From contig NW_024704742.1 in NCBI RefSeq assembly GCF_018977255.1, forward strand, positions 92,754,001-92,818,000: a stretch of DNA of 64,000 nt, in the 5' to 3' direction. Positions 27,021 to 40,553 of this stretch are shown piece after piece. The translations under genes were made by a program, and so were the position numbers. The DNA is from Callorhinchus milii (taxonomy: Eukaryota). Each line of letters opens with the position of its first letter. The first letter of the stretch is position 1. Under the pieces are notes generated by a model. It was not told where the DNA came from, made no database searches, and worked only from the letters and a program-made list of their open reading frames with translations.

Positions 27021-27197
27021 TATAAGAAAAATACAAGAATAAGGTGAAAGAGCAGGGGACTGAGACTAAATATATAACTCTTTCAGAGAGCCAGCATTGA
27101 CATAGTGGGTGGAAGAGCCTCCTTTTGTGCTGTAAAATTCTACAATTTTATGGACAATTTAGCTTAATTTAGAAAAGAAACCTGTAAATATACCTAC

Positions 27198-27327
27198 CAG
27201 ATTTGGTTGTATTTTCTCTAAACAGAGCAGTCCTTTGCAGACGTTCACCTGTAGCAGCTTCTGTGACTTCACGCACACTTTGAATGTTTTGCTCCTGGAT
27301 TCTTAACTCTTTTTTGGACCTTGCCTC
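27198..27327 (-). CDS. SECISBP2: SECISBP2 exon 4 (EARSKKELRIQEQ...RENTTKS)
   Basis: cttctag acceptor, G|GTAGGT donor; open frame, phase 0->1; 130 nt. Confidence 0.78.
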
Positions 27328-27629
27328 CTAGAAGCCACAAGCACAACAAATATCAGATACTTATCAATCTATTCAAAGAAGTTTTCGATTGCTGGATGCA
27401 ACATCACAGGTTAGAGGGGATACTATATGTGTGGTAATTTTTTACCCCACACCCTGTATGTAAATTAACTGACTTCAAACTAATAATGAGGCAAGTATTT
27501 TTGAAACATGAAATGGGCAAGAGGAAACTCCAGAGACAATAAGGGTTGAAAAAGCACTCTTCTTGAAAGTAATACATTTACTGGAGCCAAGTGCACTTTG
27601 CGATATAAATTATATTTTAAAATAAAAAA

Positions 27630-28312
27630 ATCCTTGCATTTGATAGAGAGCCTTTAAAACTGGGAGGATGTCTTAAAGCACTTCTTATGATTTACTGTAA
27701 ATTGTAGTGACTATGCTAATTTGCACAAAGTATTTATTGTCCCACAACCAATAAAGAAGTTAATGCCCAATTTTATCTGGAAGTTTGTTGCCTGGGACGC
27801 CAGGAGAAACTCCTCTTTTCAAATAACACCATGGGAACTTTAATATCCACCTGAACAGGCAGACAGACTCTTAAACATCTCATTTGAAGGATGGCGCTTC
27901 CAACAATGCAACCCCCCAGCACTCCACTGGACTGAACTGAATTCAAAGTCTCGTAGAGACATCTCAAAGTGCTTCACAGGATATACTGTAAAGTGGATTG
28001 ACTATGTATTTTGTGGGCAAAATGTGGCAGCCATGGACTGAGTGACCAACTTCATTGGGGATTTGTTGGCCAGAACACCAGGAGAAACTCGCTTCTCTTT
28101 CGAATGCCATGGGATCTTTAACTTCCACAGGTAGTTGGAACCTCGGTTTAATGTCCCACCTGAAGGCCGACAACTCCGACAATGCAGTACACCCCAACAC
28201 TGCATTGGAGTGCCAGCTTAGTCTATATGATTTCAAGTCCCGATGTGAGACTTGAACCCAAAACCTTCTGACTCGGAAGCGAGAGTGTTTCCACTGCGCT
28301 AGGCTGACACAC
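27630..28312 (-). mobile_element. Two older DeuSINE-like copies (others at ~19010-19410, 19720-20080, 22380-22770, 32000-32310, 38020-38280, 46620-46945, 49430-49720)
   Basis: Deu-type core cctgttcaggtggatgttaaagatcccatggcactattt(c)gaa recurring in the window. Confidence 0.75.
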
Positions 28313-28817
28313 TTAGTTTTGAAGCAAAAGCAAATTTTTTAAAAAACAAATTGACCAACAAGCTTTTCTTTGTCAAATGTATCCCCTTGTTTCACCTTTT
28401 CTCCTGAAGACACTAATTCTTGCCAAGTAACAATAAAGAACCGATGGGAAACTTCCGTGACCTCCTACAACCTTAATGACCTGGTCGCCTCCTTGGCTTG
28501 ATGAACACTGGTCTGCTTCATGTTCCCTACCCTATCCACCCCACCATTGGCGGGTGAGCTTCAGCCAATCTTCGCCACTCTCAAATGGGAGTCATCATCA
28601 GGGAGTCACTCTTACTCACTCGCTCCCTCCTTTCATTCAAGACCTGCCTCAAAAAATACCTAACTAACCTTGCTTTCAGCCCCCATCCGCAGCTTGGGTG
28701 CCTAGGTAGCAGTGCTGAGTATTTTGAGATGGCCTTCCAAGGCGCTACATAAATTTCAATTGTAATGTAAGTTTTATTATACGTCTTCTGGTGCAGCACC
28801 AAGTGGCCATTCTTGAA

Positions 28818-29450
28818 CAATAACAACAAGTTGCATTTATATAGTGCTGCTCACACAGGAGTGGGTCCAAGAGCGCTTGATAGTGGAGGAGCACGATACC
28901 AAGCTGGGGAAAGGTAACTGTAGGCACGGTCGAAGAGGAAGGTCTTCAGTGCGATCTGAAGATGGGGAAGGAAGGGGCAAAGTGAAGGGATAGAGGAAGA
29001 GTGTTCCAGATTTTTAGGGCGTAGTGACTGAAAGTGAGGTCACTGATGGTGGAATGGAGGGCATGCAGAAGGCCGGAGCCAGTCAAGCGGAAAGCATCAG
29101 ATAATGGTTGGGGAGTAAACAGGTCAGAGAGGTAGGGAGGTGTTAGGGCATGAAGGGGTTTGAAATTGAGTGTGATAGTCCTGTAGCTCAGTGGTTAGAG
29201 CACTTGCCTTGCAAGAGAGACACATGGGTTCAATTCCAGGCAGGGCGAAACCTTGGGCAAGTTTCCTTACTCCACACGCCTAATAATAATCCCTCCAAAA
29301 AACAAAACAATAATAAATATCAAATACAAGGATTATTATTATTAATTATTATTATTATAGGGAGCCAGTGGAGCTTTGCTAGGACTGGTGTGATGGGCAT
29401 ATGAAGTTTAATATGGGTGAATATGCGAGTGGCGGAGTTTTGGATCAGCT
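28818..29450 (-). mobile_element. Old L2 3' fragment interrupted by a SINE head (29177-29355, +)
   Basis: L2 tail and body similarity; embedded agtcctgtagctcagtggttagagc. Confidence 0.65.
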
Positions 29451-30018
29451 TCATATATCTAGTTAATATTGACAGCTATTTAGCAATGATTAGTGTAAAA
29501 GCCGAAATCAATCCATCCTCCCCCAACATCCAAAAATGTACTATTTTCAGCCAGGAGCACTGGAAAACAATTAGGAGCTGATATTTTCACTCCCTAGTCC
29601 TGAGGCACTATACTAAACACATAGTATTTCAAGTGAGATTGACAGATTCAGGTCAGACCAGGAATTAACCCTGCGACCTTATAGGACATAAGCCATCAAG
29701 CACTCCAAGCAAAGTTTAACAGGTTAGCTTATTTCCTTATAATTTGATTAGACAGTATGGCATGGAGTTTGATGCGAGTGGAAAGTTTGAAACAGCTGGA
29801 AACACAAACCACAGCTCACCCACAACCTCACAAAAGCTCAAAATCAACTAGCATTTTTGTTGTTTTCTAATATCAAACATTCCCAAGGTCAAGCGATTCT
29901 GGATGACTTTTCAGGTGAGTCAATAGCTACTTCAACTCAATGGAATTTACAGCTCTTCCCTGTAGCAGACATGAACCATGCTGGTGAAGGGAGGTGCTAG
30001 GTATGAAATTAAAAAATT

Positions 30019-31087
30019 TCATCCGCAAACATGGGGTTAACTTCCACATGTATGCGGATGACACCCAACTCTACCTTTCCTCCTCTACTCTCAACTCCAC
30101 GACCACCGATGTCCTGACAGCCTGCCTGTCCGACATCGAGTCCTGGACGAGAGACAACTTTCTTCAGCTCAACGTGCAAAAAACCGAGGCCCTCCTGATT
30201 GGCTCACGTCAGCGCCTCCGCACCTCAGGCGCTGACACCATCAGCATCCAAGGCTGCACTCTCCACCTCTCAAAGCCAGTCAGGAACCTCGGCGTTTTGT
30301 TCGACCCTGAGCTGTCCTTTCTCCCTCACATCCGCACCACAACTGGCACCGCCTTCCATCACCTCCGGAATATCGCCAGATTACGGCACTACCTCACCCC
30401 TCACGCTGCTGAAACCCTGGTTCACGCCTTTGTCACCTCAAGGCTGGACTATGGGAACTCTCTCCTCGCCGGCCTTCCCGCCACCTCCCTCCACAAGCTG
30501 CAGGTCATTCAGAACTCTGCAGCTCGTGTACTGTCCCGCACCAGGACCACATCACTCCCACCCTCGCTCGCCTCCACTGGCTCCCCATCCCCCAGAGGAT
30601 TGATTTCAAGATCCTCATCCTCACCTACAAGGCCATTCACGGCCTTGCTCCCTCCTACCTCTCCAACCTACTATCCCCCTACCTACCTGCCCGTACCCTC
30701 CGTTCCTCTGGCTCCGGTCTGCTCCACGTCCCCCGCCCCAACCGCCCTACTATCGGTGGTCGGGCCTTCAGCCTCTCAGCCCCGAGGCTCTGGAACTCCA
30801 TCCCCCAGTGCCTTCGCCGCCTCCTCCCTTTCCTCCTTCAAGGCCGGTCTCAAAACCTTTCTCTTTGACCGTGCCTTCAGCTCCCCTCTCGACTCTCTTC
30901 CTCCTCCTCGCTCCCTCCCTTCCCTCCCCTCACCCTGACCATTTCCCCTCCTCTCTCCCTCCCTTCCCTCCCCTCACCCTGACCATTTCCCCCCTGCTCG
31001 GGTCATGACCCAACTGTGCAGCGCCTTGGGACGTCCTCCTGACGTGAAAGGCGCTCTATAAATAGAATCTTGTTGTTGTTGTTGTTG
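30019..31087 (+). mobile_element. 5'-truncated young L2 LINE
   Basis: Near-identical to 57491-58608; (TTG)n tail. Confidence 0.95.
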
Positions 31088-31205
31088 TAAAAACATGAGG
31101 ATTCTCACTTTATAAAAACATGGAAGGATTTTAAACTCTGCCTGACCTATATTTTGGTGCAGTTCTTTAAAATGGTGAGAGGCACAGATAATAACAATAA
31201 TAATC

Positions 31206-31455
31206 AGAATAATAATCCTTGCATTTGATATAGCACTTTTTATGTTATTGAGACATTAACTGTAAATCTTGTGGGTGAAACACGGCAGCCAATTGTGCAC
31301 AGCAGTGTTCCATAAACAGTTGTGGATTGAGTGACCAAATTATTATCAGGTGTGTGGAGTAAGGAAACTTGCCCAAGGTTTCACCCTGCTGGAAATCGAG
31401 CCCAGGTCTCTTGCTTGCGAGGCGAGTGCTCTAACCACTGAGCTACAGGATCTCC
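31206..31455 (-). mobile_element. tRNA-derived SINE, short form
   Basis: Same family, reverse complement. Confidence 0.88.
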
Positions 31456-33117
31456 ATTTACAGATCATGTAAACGTTTGCCTGACATTTGATGCAGACAG
31501 ACTACAGAGGCAAATATCGGTTTAAAATTAAAAAAGCCTCATGTGAGATGAGAGCACTGAAGGCACTCCCGCCTAGACACAGTATTGAATATTTATATAT
31601 AAGACTTAGAAAATGCAGCTAATGCTGTAACAATTAACTTCTTCAAGCACTCAGCGACACTACCCCGCTTGGAGGGCGCAAAATAAATGCAAGTTGTTGT
31701 TAAAACTGTTAAATATCTGCTCGAGATTTGAGGTTGCGTGAATAGGGATATACTGATGCAATCAAATATTCTATAGAATACAGTGGTTTCTGTGTTGCTG
31801 GGGTAATAATGTCTGTGGAAGGGAGCAAGTTAGAGTTGAATAGCAGAGATGTGAAAATGCTGAATATTCTGGAGTTTTGTTTGATTACCTTTGAATATCA
31901 AGAATAAATTTGTGATTTATGGGTTCAAATCCCGCATCGGGACATAGTCTGAGATTACACTCCAATGCAGTGCTGGGGATACCATCTTAGACTATGTGAG
32001 TTCAGGTGTCCCACAAACAGGAATGAAGTGAACAACCAGTTTTATTTGGGGGATTGCTGACTAGGACACCAGGAGAAACTCCCTTCTCTTTTTCAATAGT
32101 CATGGCATCTTTAACATCCGCCTGAACAGATGTGACTTTGGCTTAACATTTCATCCAAAGGATGACACCTCCAATAATCAGCTCCCTCTCAGCACTGCAC
32201 TTGAGTGTCATTTTAGGCAATCTGAATTAAACATTCCAACGGCTGACTTAATCTACAAGATTGTGACTCAGAGGCGAGAGAGAGCTAGCAACCGAGCCAG
32301 GCTGACACAACTGATCTACCAACTGAGTCAAGCTGACACAACTCAGCCAGGCTAACACAATCTAAAAGAGAGAAAATTCCTTCTCCACCCCCCTGGTCTT
32401 TATACAACAACAACAAGATTACATTTGTATAGCGCCTTTCATGTCAGGAGGACGTCCCCTTAATGTAGAATTAAGTCTTGAGTGGAGTCTGATTTGTAGT
32501 ATTTCTGAAGGAGATTCCTTAATCCCTGTTAGATTTTCCACTAGTCTGCACTGCTCTGGAAGCAGAGTGAGTATATAGGATATCCTGACGTGAAAGGCAT
32601 TGTACTAAATGCAAGATTATTATTATATAAACCCTCTATTATTAAGAGTACAAGGATTATTATTATAATAATATATTATTATAATAAAGAATCATGCATG
32701 AAAGTGTAGTTTATACACTGAATATTTACCTATACCATTTGGGTGAATTGCTGGCGGATTAATGGCGATGCACAAACCTCTGCTATCTTTTTAAAAAGGC
32801 ACACATTTTTAATAATAAAAATTTAAACTTTACGATCTCTTAAGCACAGGAGTAAGGATCTCCCATTTCAGGGATATCAAGATAGACAGACTGAGGCAAA
32901 CCATATTGAAGACTCGTGCATCAAACACCAGTACTCTTCCATGAAGCAGTCTTCTTTCTCACAATGACAAAATGAGAAACGTTTTGTTACCCTGCTGGCT
33001 GACATTGCTCTACTATAATGCCACATGACATACCTTAGAAGATGATGGGCTTGAACAAGGTCTCTCCTTCTCTTTAACATCCACCTGAACAGGCAAACAG
33101 GTGTCTGGTTGGCAAAC

Positions 33118-33325
33118 CTGCTTCTGCTGACTGCCTCGGGTACTGCCACTGTACTTGTGCTTTGAAGCGTGCGTGGGATCACATTGTGCGGATATTTGTG
33201 TGTATGGTTTCAAAGAAGAATCCGAAGTCAATTGTTCACGGGAGTAATGCACTGAATAATCTGCCGATGGATAGGATGTTTGGAAAGCATTTCTGCAGGA
33301 ATCACTTTGTTTGCATAAATGCTGC
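33118..33325 (-). CDS. SECISBP2: SECISBP2 exon 3 (QHLCKQSDSCRNAFQTSYP...GSQQKQ)
   Basis: Acceptor ttttttag; open frame phase 2->0; donor CAG|GTTTGC is weak, so the 3' boundary is less sure; 208 nt. Confidence 0.7.
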
Positions 33326-34071
33326 CTAAAAAAGTATAATTATTTTTTTTTTAAAAATTCTTAATTGGGCAAGGGTAAAATAAACACAAGAAACACTTCA
33401 TCATTCCTTAGTTAATACCTGTAACTAGCTTCATCCCTCCTTTAAATAACTAATCAGTCTTTTTCTTGTAGACGTTTTACAGGAATACTGACATTCTATT
33501 CATAATCCAACAAAATATAAAATGTGCATTTCTATATTATTCAAAAATGAAAAACTTGCTTAAAAGCCTGCTCTTTCAAATCTTGAAATTTTTTTTTAAA
33601 AATCCAATTTGCTCCCCTGCCCCCTTCACTCCAGCCGGGTAGAGGAATTGCATTTGTTTCTGTCCCACAACTGCAGAGCTGCCAATTAGGGATTCTTCAT
33701 GCTTGACCTTAGATAGTAAGTGACTCACAACATTTCTACATTTTTGATTTTGGGTGGAAGGAGTATCACAGATGATCCTATTCTCACCAACATCCACACG
33801 GGTATATTTTCTAGCAAGGGCCATGGGATTATCAGTAGGAGGGAACCCGGGTTGATCCAGAAACAGCTGATGGTATCTAGTTGAGCCATCTGTTGCATCA
33901 CAACTTCACTTATCCAAATACCTTTGAAACTAAAAGGGTGTCCATAACTCCAAGTGTTAGCATTATACAAATAAAAAACACAGAAATGGTAAAAAAAAAT
34001 TCTATGAAGCAATATGACTTCAGACAAGAGTAAACTTCAAACTTAAAATTAAATTGCAGCATTATGTACAG

Positions 34072-34432
34072 CCTAAGTAATCCACAAATTTCTGTAAAAG
34101 GCTTGCTTGTGGGAGTGTTAACAGTCCACAGTAGATCTGTGTTATAAGCGAGGCAGTATTGTAAGCCCGCTATAATTATAGTGAGTTATTATAGCGGGCT
34201 TACACTCACTCCACTTTACAGTAAATCCTTTGGCGCTACAAAACATCTCATTGAAGTGATAAGGTGTTATACCAAACACAAGGATTAATAGAATTATTAT
34301 TCATAATGCCCTGCGATAGAGCACTTCCTCGCTTATAGCACGTATCTACTATGGAACCATGCTTACCGTAACACTCCCACAAGTGAGCTCTTTACAGAAT
34401 CGTAATAGTAACACAGCTGTGGATTACTTAGG
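34072..34432. mobile_element. Palindromic MITE-like element
   Basis: Terminal IR cctaagtaatccaca/tgtggattacttagg and several nested internal IRs. Confidence 0.7.
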
Positions 34433-34726
34433 TACACCGTAGGTGATTTTATTACAAAACTACTCTTAATCTCTTTCCTTCACATCTACAATAGGGTCAG
34501 AACTGCATTCTACTGATCATCATTCAGTAAAGCTATATACCATTCTGTATTATAGATTGTAGTGTGGGGTGTTATTCTTTTTGAATGTTTTTAGTCAGTT
34601 CATCTAAACCTAACCAATGAGTATAGTATTAGTAATACTAACTCAATTCACATTCAAGACTGTATTGTGACAGTGTGTTCTGTGAATCGCTTTGGGACGT
34701 CCTCCCGACGTGAAAAGCGCTATATA

Positions 34727-35001
34727 ATAATAATAATCCTTGCATTTGATATAGCGCTTTTCACGTTGGGAGGATGTCCCAAAGCGCTTCACAGAATATA
34801 CTGTAAAGTGAATTGACTGTATATTTGTGGGCGAACGCGGCAGCCAATTGCGCACAGCAATGTCCCACAAACAGTCGTAGATTGAAAATGATCAATTTAT
34901 TATTGTTTTGGGTTTTTTGGAGGGATTATTATTAGGCGTGTGGAGAAAGGAAAGTTGCCCAAGGTTTCGCCCTGTCTGGAATTGAACTCAGGTCTCTCGC
35001 T
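34727..35001 (-). mobile_element. tRNA-derived SINE, short form, 5'-truncated
   Basis: Same family; tail-to-tail with a + strand SINE tail at 34671-34726. Confidence 0.9.
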
Positions 35002-35114
35002 AACTAACAAAATTAACTTAGTATAGACTCGATGGGCCAAATGGCATTCTTCTGAACTATACATTTCTATGATGCTGTAATCAAATAAAATGTGGAATAA
35101 TGAATCATACTCAC

Positions 35115-35269
35115 TTATGTATTACATGGGGTTCTTGAACAAATGGATAGCAAGTCATCAAGTAACCAGGCACTGTGACAGATGAGGAAGGTTCAGGCCA
35201 CTGGACTCCCACTTCTGTCAACCTTTGTTTTGGCACGAATGGCTCAACTTCAGCCGATAATGTGGTCCC
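35115..35269 (-). CDS. SECISBP2: SECISBP2 exon 2 (GTTLSAEVEPFVPKQ...YLMTCYPFVQEPHVIH)
   Basis: Conserved LSA(D/E)VxPFVP and YPFVQE motifs of SBP2/SBP2L; ttttacag acceptor, AA|GTGAGT donor; 155 nt. Confidence 0.93.
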
Positions 35270-37267
35270 CTGTAAAAGATCAGGTTATATTATATACTTA
35301 TTTTATTGACAAGAAGAAAGGACTGGAGAGTTGGCTTCTTCAAAAAGTTATCAAAAACAGAACAAATATTCAAGTCAGGTTTAATGTATAGATCGCCCAC
35401 CTTTGACTCCTCTCCTGTCTAACTCGTCATTATCTCCCCAAATATCACTGACATCTGCAAATGCCAATCTGCCAATAACACATTTGGCTTGGCTTAATCA
35501 TTAGCACTGGAACTTGCTCCCACAATCCCTCCACCTTGCCCCCTCCCTCCCCACTTTCAAATCCCGCCTAAAGACCTTCCTTTTTGATCATGCTTACGGT
35601 CACCTCCCCTCTCCCTCTCCCCTGGCTCAGTGTCAAGACTCCGCCACTGTCAAGTGCTCCGGGAGGCTACCCCACGTGAAGGGCACTATATAATGCAAGT
35701 TGTTGTTGTAGCACTTTCAGTAGCTACAATGTAGTTAACATCTCAAATCAGCGCTCCAGCCTGTCAGACCCAAATCCAGGGTCAAAATCCCCAAACTTCA
35801 ACGATACCAGACATATTGTACAAAATGTAAAAAAATTTTGATTTAAGGAACATTACTGTAGATCAGTGGTAATAAATGTTTCGTGATTGAATATTTCTTG
35901 ATTTATGGCACTGATGGCAAAACCTTTTCAGTTGGTCACTAAAATAAACGTTTCTTGAATTTTTCTCGTTTAATTGAATTTTTCCTGATTTATGGCTTAA
36001 ATCTATGTTATTTTGTTATTTCTAAGATTATTTTGTTGGCCAACCAAAAAGGCTAGTTACCATGGCTATATGGATCAATATATTCACTTAATTGAGATCA
36101 GTAATTTCAATGAATCTCCAATAGAGAACATACTCAACTTACCTCACTCACTCTTTTCAAACTTTGTGGTAATCAATAGTAGGCCAAGCCTTGGCCTTCA
36201 AGTAAGTTTCTCAAAAAAAAAATGTTTTACAATTCTTGAAATCCTCCACTGTAGGTATGACACTTCCCTGATATAGCAATCAATAACGTAGAAATGTCAA
36301 GTGCTTCAAAGCCATTTATTGTAAAGTATTTACTTTGACCAATCGGGTATCTGACACATGTGGTAACCTATCACCATCTTTAGAGTATCCAAACCAGACA
36401 GAATTCCACATATGTATCCACCTATACATGGAAATTGATGTGTCTGGGATGTAATGCACACAATCTCCCTGGGGGCGGGTGCACTCTGCTTACCTAATTC
36501 CATACAGTTTTTGTCACAGGTTGACAAGAGTCGAGACTTGGGTGGCGACCCCAGAGTCTATGAGTTGGAGTATTGCTGGAGTCAAACAAACTAAAACTGC
36601 ATGGATTGCATCTAGAGAAACGTCTGGCAACCTTCCTGCTGCTTGTCTGGCTGGCACCGTTAGAGCTTTGGGTCTGAGTGAAAATAATCTGTGCTCCCAG
36701 TGACCAGTTCGCCCCTCCAAATTCTGCTAATCAGCCAGACTGGCTGGTCTATCATCAGCAGTGCCACGGGATCCCGAGAACTGGATTACTAAGTCGCCAT
36801 AGAGGATTGGCTCGACTCCGACATTCCATTGCCAAGCACATCATTTTGGAGCTAAACTCCAAGGAGACCTTAATGTTCTAGAAGTTCAAATCAAACACTG
36901 TGTACCAGCCCTACTCAGCATCGACTGCTTAATCCACGTCCTCATGTGAGGGGCTTTTCAAATAGATGCGTCTGCTGTTAGCTGACTCCTCCTCCTGGAA
37001 GCTTGGACGGTGTCCTCCTTGCAACCACTTCTCCAATTATTACAAATCTACCTCACTGCTGGGTCCTGGACTTCACATATGGGCTGAAGCAATCCCTCTG
37101 CTGCAGGAACTTGGAATCATGAGAACTGTTTTCACATTCGTCTTCTGAAGTTAGTTAACCTGCATTGGCACCTTGCTGTTCTTGAAGTGCTCATTGGCTC
37201 CTGATCAGCACGTCCTTAGGATCAATATAATAATTTTTGCATTATACTTGATATAGCGCCTTACCGT

Positions 37268-37632
37268 GTAGCTTAGTGATTAGAGCACTCATCTCGCAAA
37301 CGAGAGGACCTGGGTTTGATTCCTGGGCAGGGCAAAATGTTGAGCAAGTTTCCTTACTCCACACGTCTCTGCTTACCTAGCTGTAAGTAGGAACCTGGTT
37401 GTCAGTTGATTGGTGGATCGCTTTTCTGGGGAAATTATTTTTTCTAAAAACAATATTATCTGGTCACTCAATTCATGACTGCTTGTGGGACTCTGCTGTG
37501 CGCAATTGGCTGTCGCGTTTCCCCCACAAAATACACAGTCAATTCACTTAACAGTATATTGTGTGAAGCCCTTTGAGATTTCTCGAAGACTTGATAACAC
37601 GCTATATTAAATGCAAGGATTATTATATTATC
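37268..37632 (+). mobile_element. tRNA-derived SINE, long form
   Basis: Head, internal ctgcttacctagctgtaagtaggaacc segment, Deu-like body and tail. Confidence 0.88.
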
Positions 37633-37869
37633 ATCAAGTCTTTGAGATGTCTCAAAGAATATACTGTAAAGTGAATTGTATGTATATTTTGTGGCAAAAT
37701 ATTTTGTGGGCAGTATTTAAGCAGAATATCACTACAACCCCTAGATATCTATAAGAATCAACAAGTGTCATGAATGGCCTATTATCTTCCAATTTATACT
37801 CTCAATGTTCCCTCTTGAACCATAATACTGCCATAATATTTGGGTTATTGAGTCTCCATTGAGTCTCAC

Positions 37870-37960
37870 TGTTCCCGTTGTTCAAGATGAGCATGAGATC
37901 CCCAGATGAGTCCGCAAACAGCACTATATCATCTGCAAATACAAAGACTGGAATTCTGTC
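37870..37960 (-). pseudogene. Small reverse-transcriptase relic from a non-L2 LINE
   Basis: IPVFVFADDIVLFADSSGDL resembles the (F/Y)ADD catalytic motif. Confidence 0.5.
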
Positions 37961-40238
37961 AGGAATGCCTGGAACAGAGTCCTTCTCGTTGCTATCAAAT
38001 AAATCATCAAATGAGCTGGAGACAGGAATTTTGGCCAAGACATAGAGAGAAACTCCATTCTCTTTTCGCAGAGTACAATGGATTCTTTAACGTCCACTTG
38101 AACAGGTAGACAAGAGTTTAGTTTAACATCTCATGTAAAGGATGACAAATCTCCCTCAGATTACATTGGAGTGCTAGCCTTGACTTTGACCTAAAGTTCA
38201 AACGATGCCCATTAAAGTAGCACTAGTGGGATTTGTACCCACAATCTTCTGAGAGATTCCAGAAGCAAGACTACCACCAACTCTCCTCTTGGCTCACTTT
38301 GCATAAAGTGAAAGTATAACTTTGCAAAAAATAAATTAAGGAAATATATAATTTCACATTTAATTCAAGTGCAATTGATCATAAATTTAACATCTGATTT
38401 TAATTGCCCACAAATATACGGTCAATTCACTTTACAGTCTATTCTGTGAAGCGCTTTGAGATGTCGAGAAGACGTGAAAAGCGCTATATCAAATGCGAGG
38501 ATTATTATTATTATTATTAAGTGAATAAAAATGCAATAAAAATGTTCCAAGTTTGAATAGCGTCTAGACCAGCGTTGTCAAACCATGGAGCCACAAGCTA
38601 CCTGGGACTCATGAAGGGTCTCGGTGTGGCTCACAGCCACCTCAACTTCAGCAGAAAGTATGCATCTCAGATAATTCCTGCTGACAATTTGCATACAGAG
38701 ATGTGTGCAGGCTATTTAAACATGTTATATATATGTGATACAAATTTCTCTAGTTAGGCTTTCAATTATTCAGTTGAAATACTCTTCTAAAATAATACTC
38801 GTCTGAAAACCCTTTCCTGTGTTCACTCAGCATATCTGTGAATCAACATTTTCTGCAATCACTTTCATCAAAGGAAAATACAGATTTCTCCTGAAAAACA
38901 AATGTTTGGCGGTAGAACTACGCATTGTGGTTGTGCAATTGTTTTCATCGAATTTTCAGAAATTGGTTAAGAAAACCAACGGTCATATCTCACATTAATG
39001 TGCTGTTTTGTTTTTATACTGCTAATATTTGTTTATGTTTTGTTGCTGTCTATGTGGTATTCTTGATGTTGCCTTTGCTGGAAAAGAGTACAACATGCTT
39101 ATAAATAAATCTTTGGGAGGAAATTCTGTGACTTGTTTAATTTTTCAACTGGTGTGGCTCACACTGATGTTCATGACCTACTCATGGGACCGTACTGTAA
39201 GCTGCCGAAGCTGCAAAATGGAAAGCATCAAGCTGAAGGCCATCAAAGTGAATGACCTCAGGACATGCATACACAAACTTGCAAGGAAAAAGGCGATGTC
39301 AAACACCAACTTGCCATAACAAAAGGCAAAGTATTAACTGGATCAAACACAGTAAACTGACTGAAACTGGACTCAGATCATTCGAGTCCAGGGCAGAAAA
39401 AAACAAGCACTTATATGGTCAATGAAAGACTCACAAATAATTAGCGGAGGATGGGGAAAAGGGGTTACAAAAGCTTGAGTGAGCAGCAGCAGGGGAGAGA
39501 TTGTGCCTGTGGCAGAGGAGTGACCTGTCTAAGCTAAGAACTACAAGCAACATCGATGAGTAGTTACTCCAGGTCTCCCAGGGTAAGAATCTTGATTGAA
39601 GTGAACCCTGAATCATCTTCTGCAGTTTTATGTGTTTTATAACTGTTGTAACCGTCATTTTGGTCAGCAATAAATAATATCTATTTTACCGTATTTTGTC
39701 ACTGTTCAAATATCTTACCTCAGGGTGAAGAATTGGAACGAGTTGAGGACTAAATACCTTTGCCACAAAACCCTACAGTACAAATCTGGTTGGACAGTTA
39801 TACTACTACATGTTTTTAATGACCACTAGTGCTTCATTAATGGGCATTGTTTGACAGAAGACAAATGGTCCAACTGTAGGTCATTTTTTGTCACAATAAC
39901 ATGATTGATGACACCTCATCACATCATTTTTTTTGAAAAGCTTTTAAAAAAAATTAATTCACATCTGTAAGTCAATATTACAGTTTCTGTGTTGAACATT
40001 GGTCAGGGTCGGCAATGAGATAACCAGGCAAAGTAAGTGATATCAAAGTTGAGACAAACAGAAGACGGCTTTAATTTTCACAAAACAAACAGAAGTTAAA
40101 TGGATTAGAGTAACAAAGTTCATTTTCAGGACAAACAATTTAGACCGTGATTATATTCGATTTAGAAGCAAAGCAGGTCAGTTTAGTTCCATCCCAGGTC
40201 CACGCCCGCCTACCCCTCCAGCATATTACGCAAAATTG

Positions 40239-40553
40239 TGGAGTCCTGTAGCTCAGTAGTTAGAGCACTCGCTTTGCAAGTGAGAGACCTGAGTTCAATT
40301 CCAGGCAGCGCGAAACCTTGGGCAAGTTTCCTTACTCCACACAGAGCCTAATAATAATCCCTCCAAAACCCAAAACAATAATAAATTGGTCATTTTCAAT
40401 CTACGACTGTTTGTGGGACATTGCTGTGCGCAATTGGCTGCTGCGTTCGCCCACAAATATACAGCCAATTCACTTTACAGTGTGTTCTGTGAAGCGCTTT
40501 GGGACGTCCTCCCGACGTGAAAAGCGCTATATCAAATGCAAGGATTATTATTA
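40239..40553 (+). mobile_element. tRNA-derived SINE, short form
   Basis: Complete head, body and tail. Confidence 0.93.

Noticed and set aside
32730..32790. Possible extra SECISBP2 exon ending at TATAG|GTAAAT
   Set aside because: Weak acceptor, no recognisable motif, and exons 3 and 4 already join in phase
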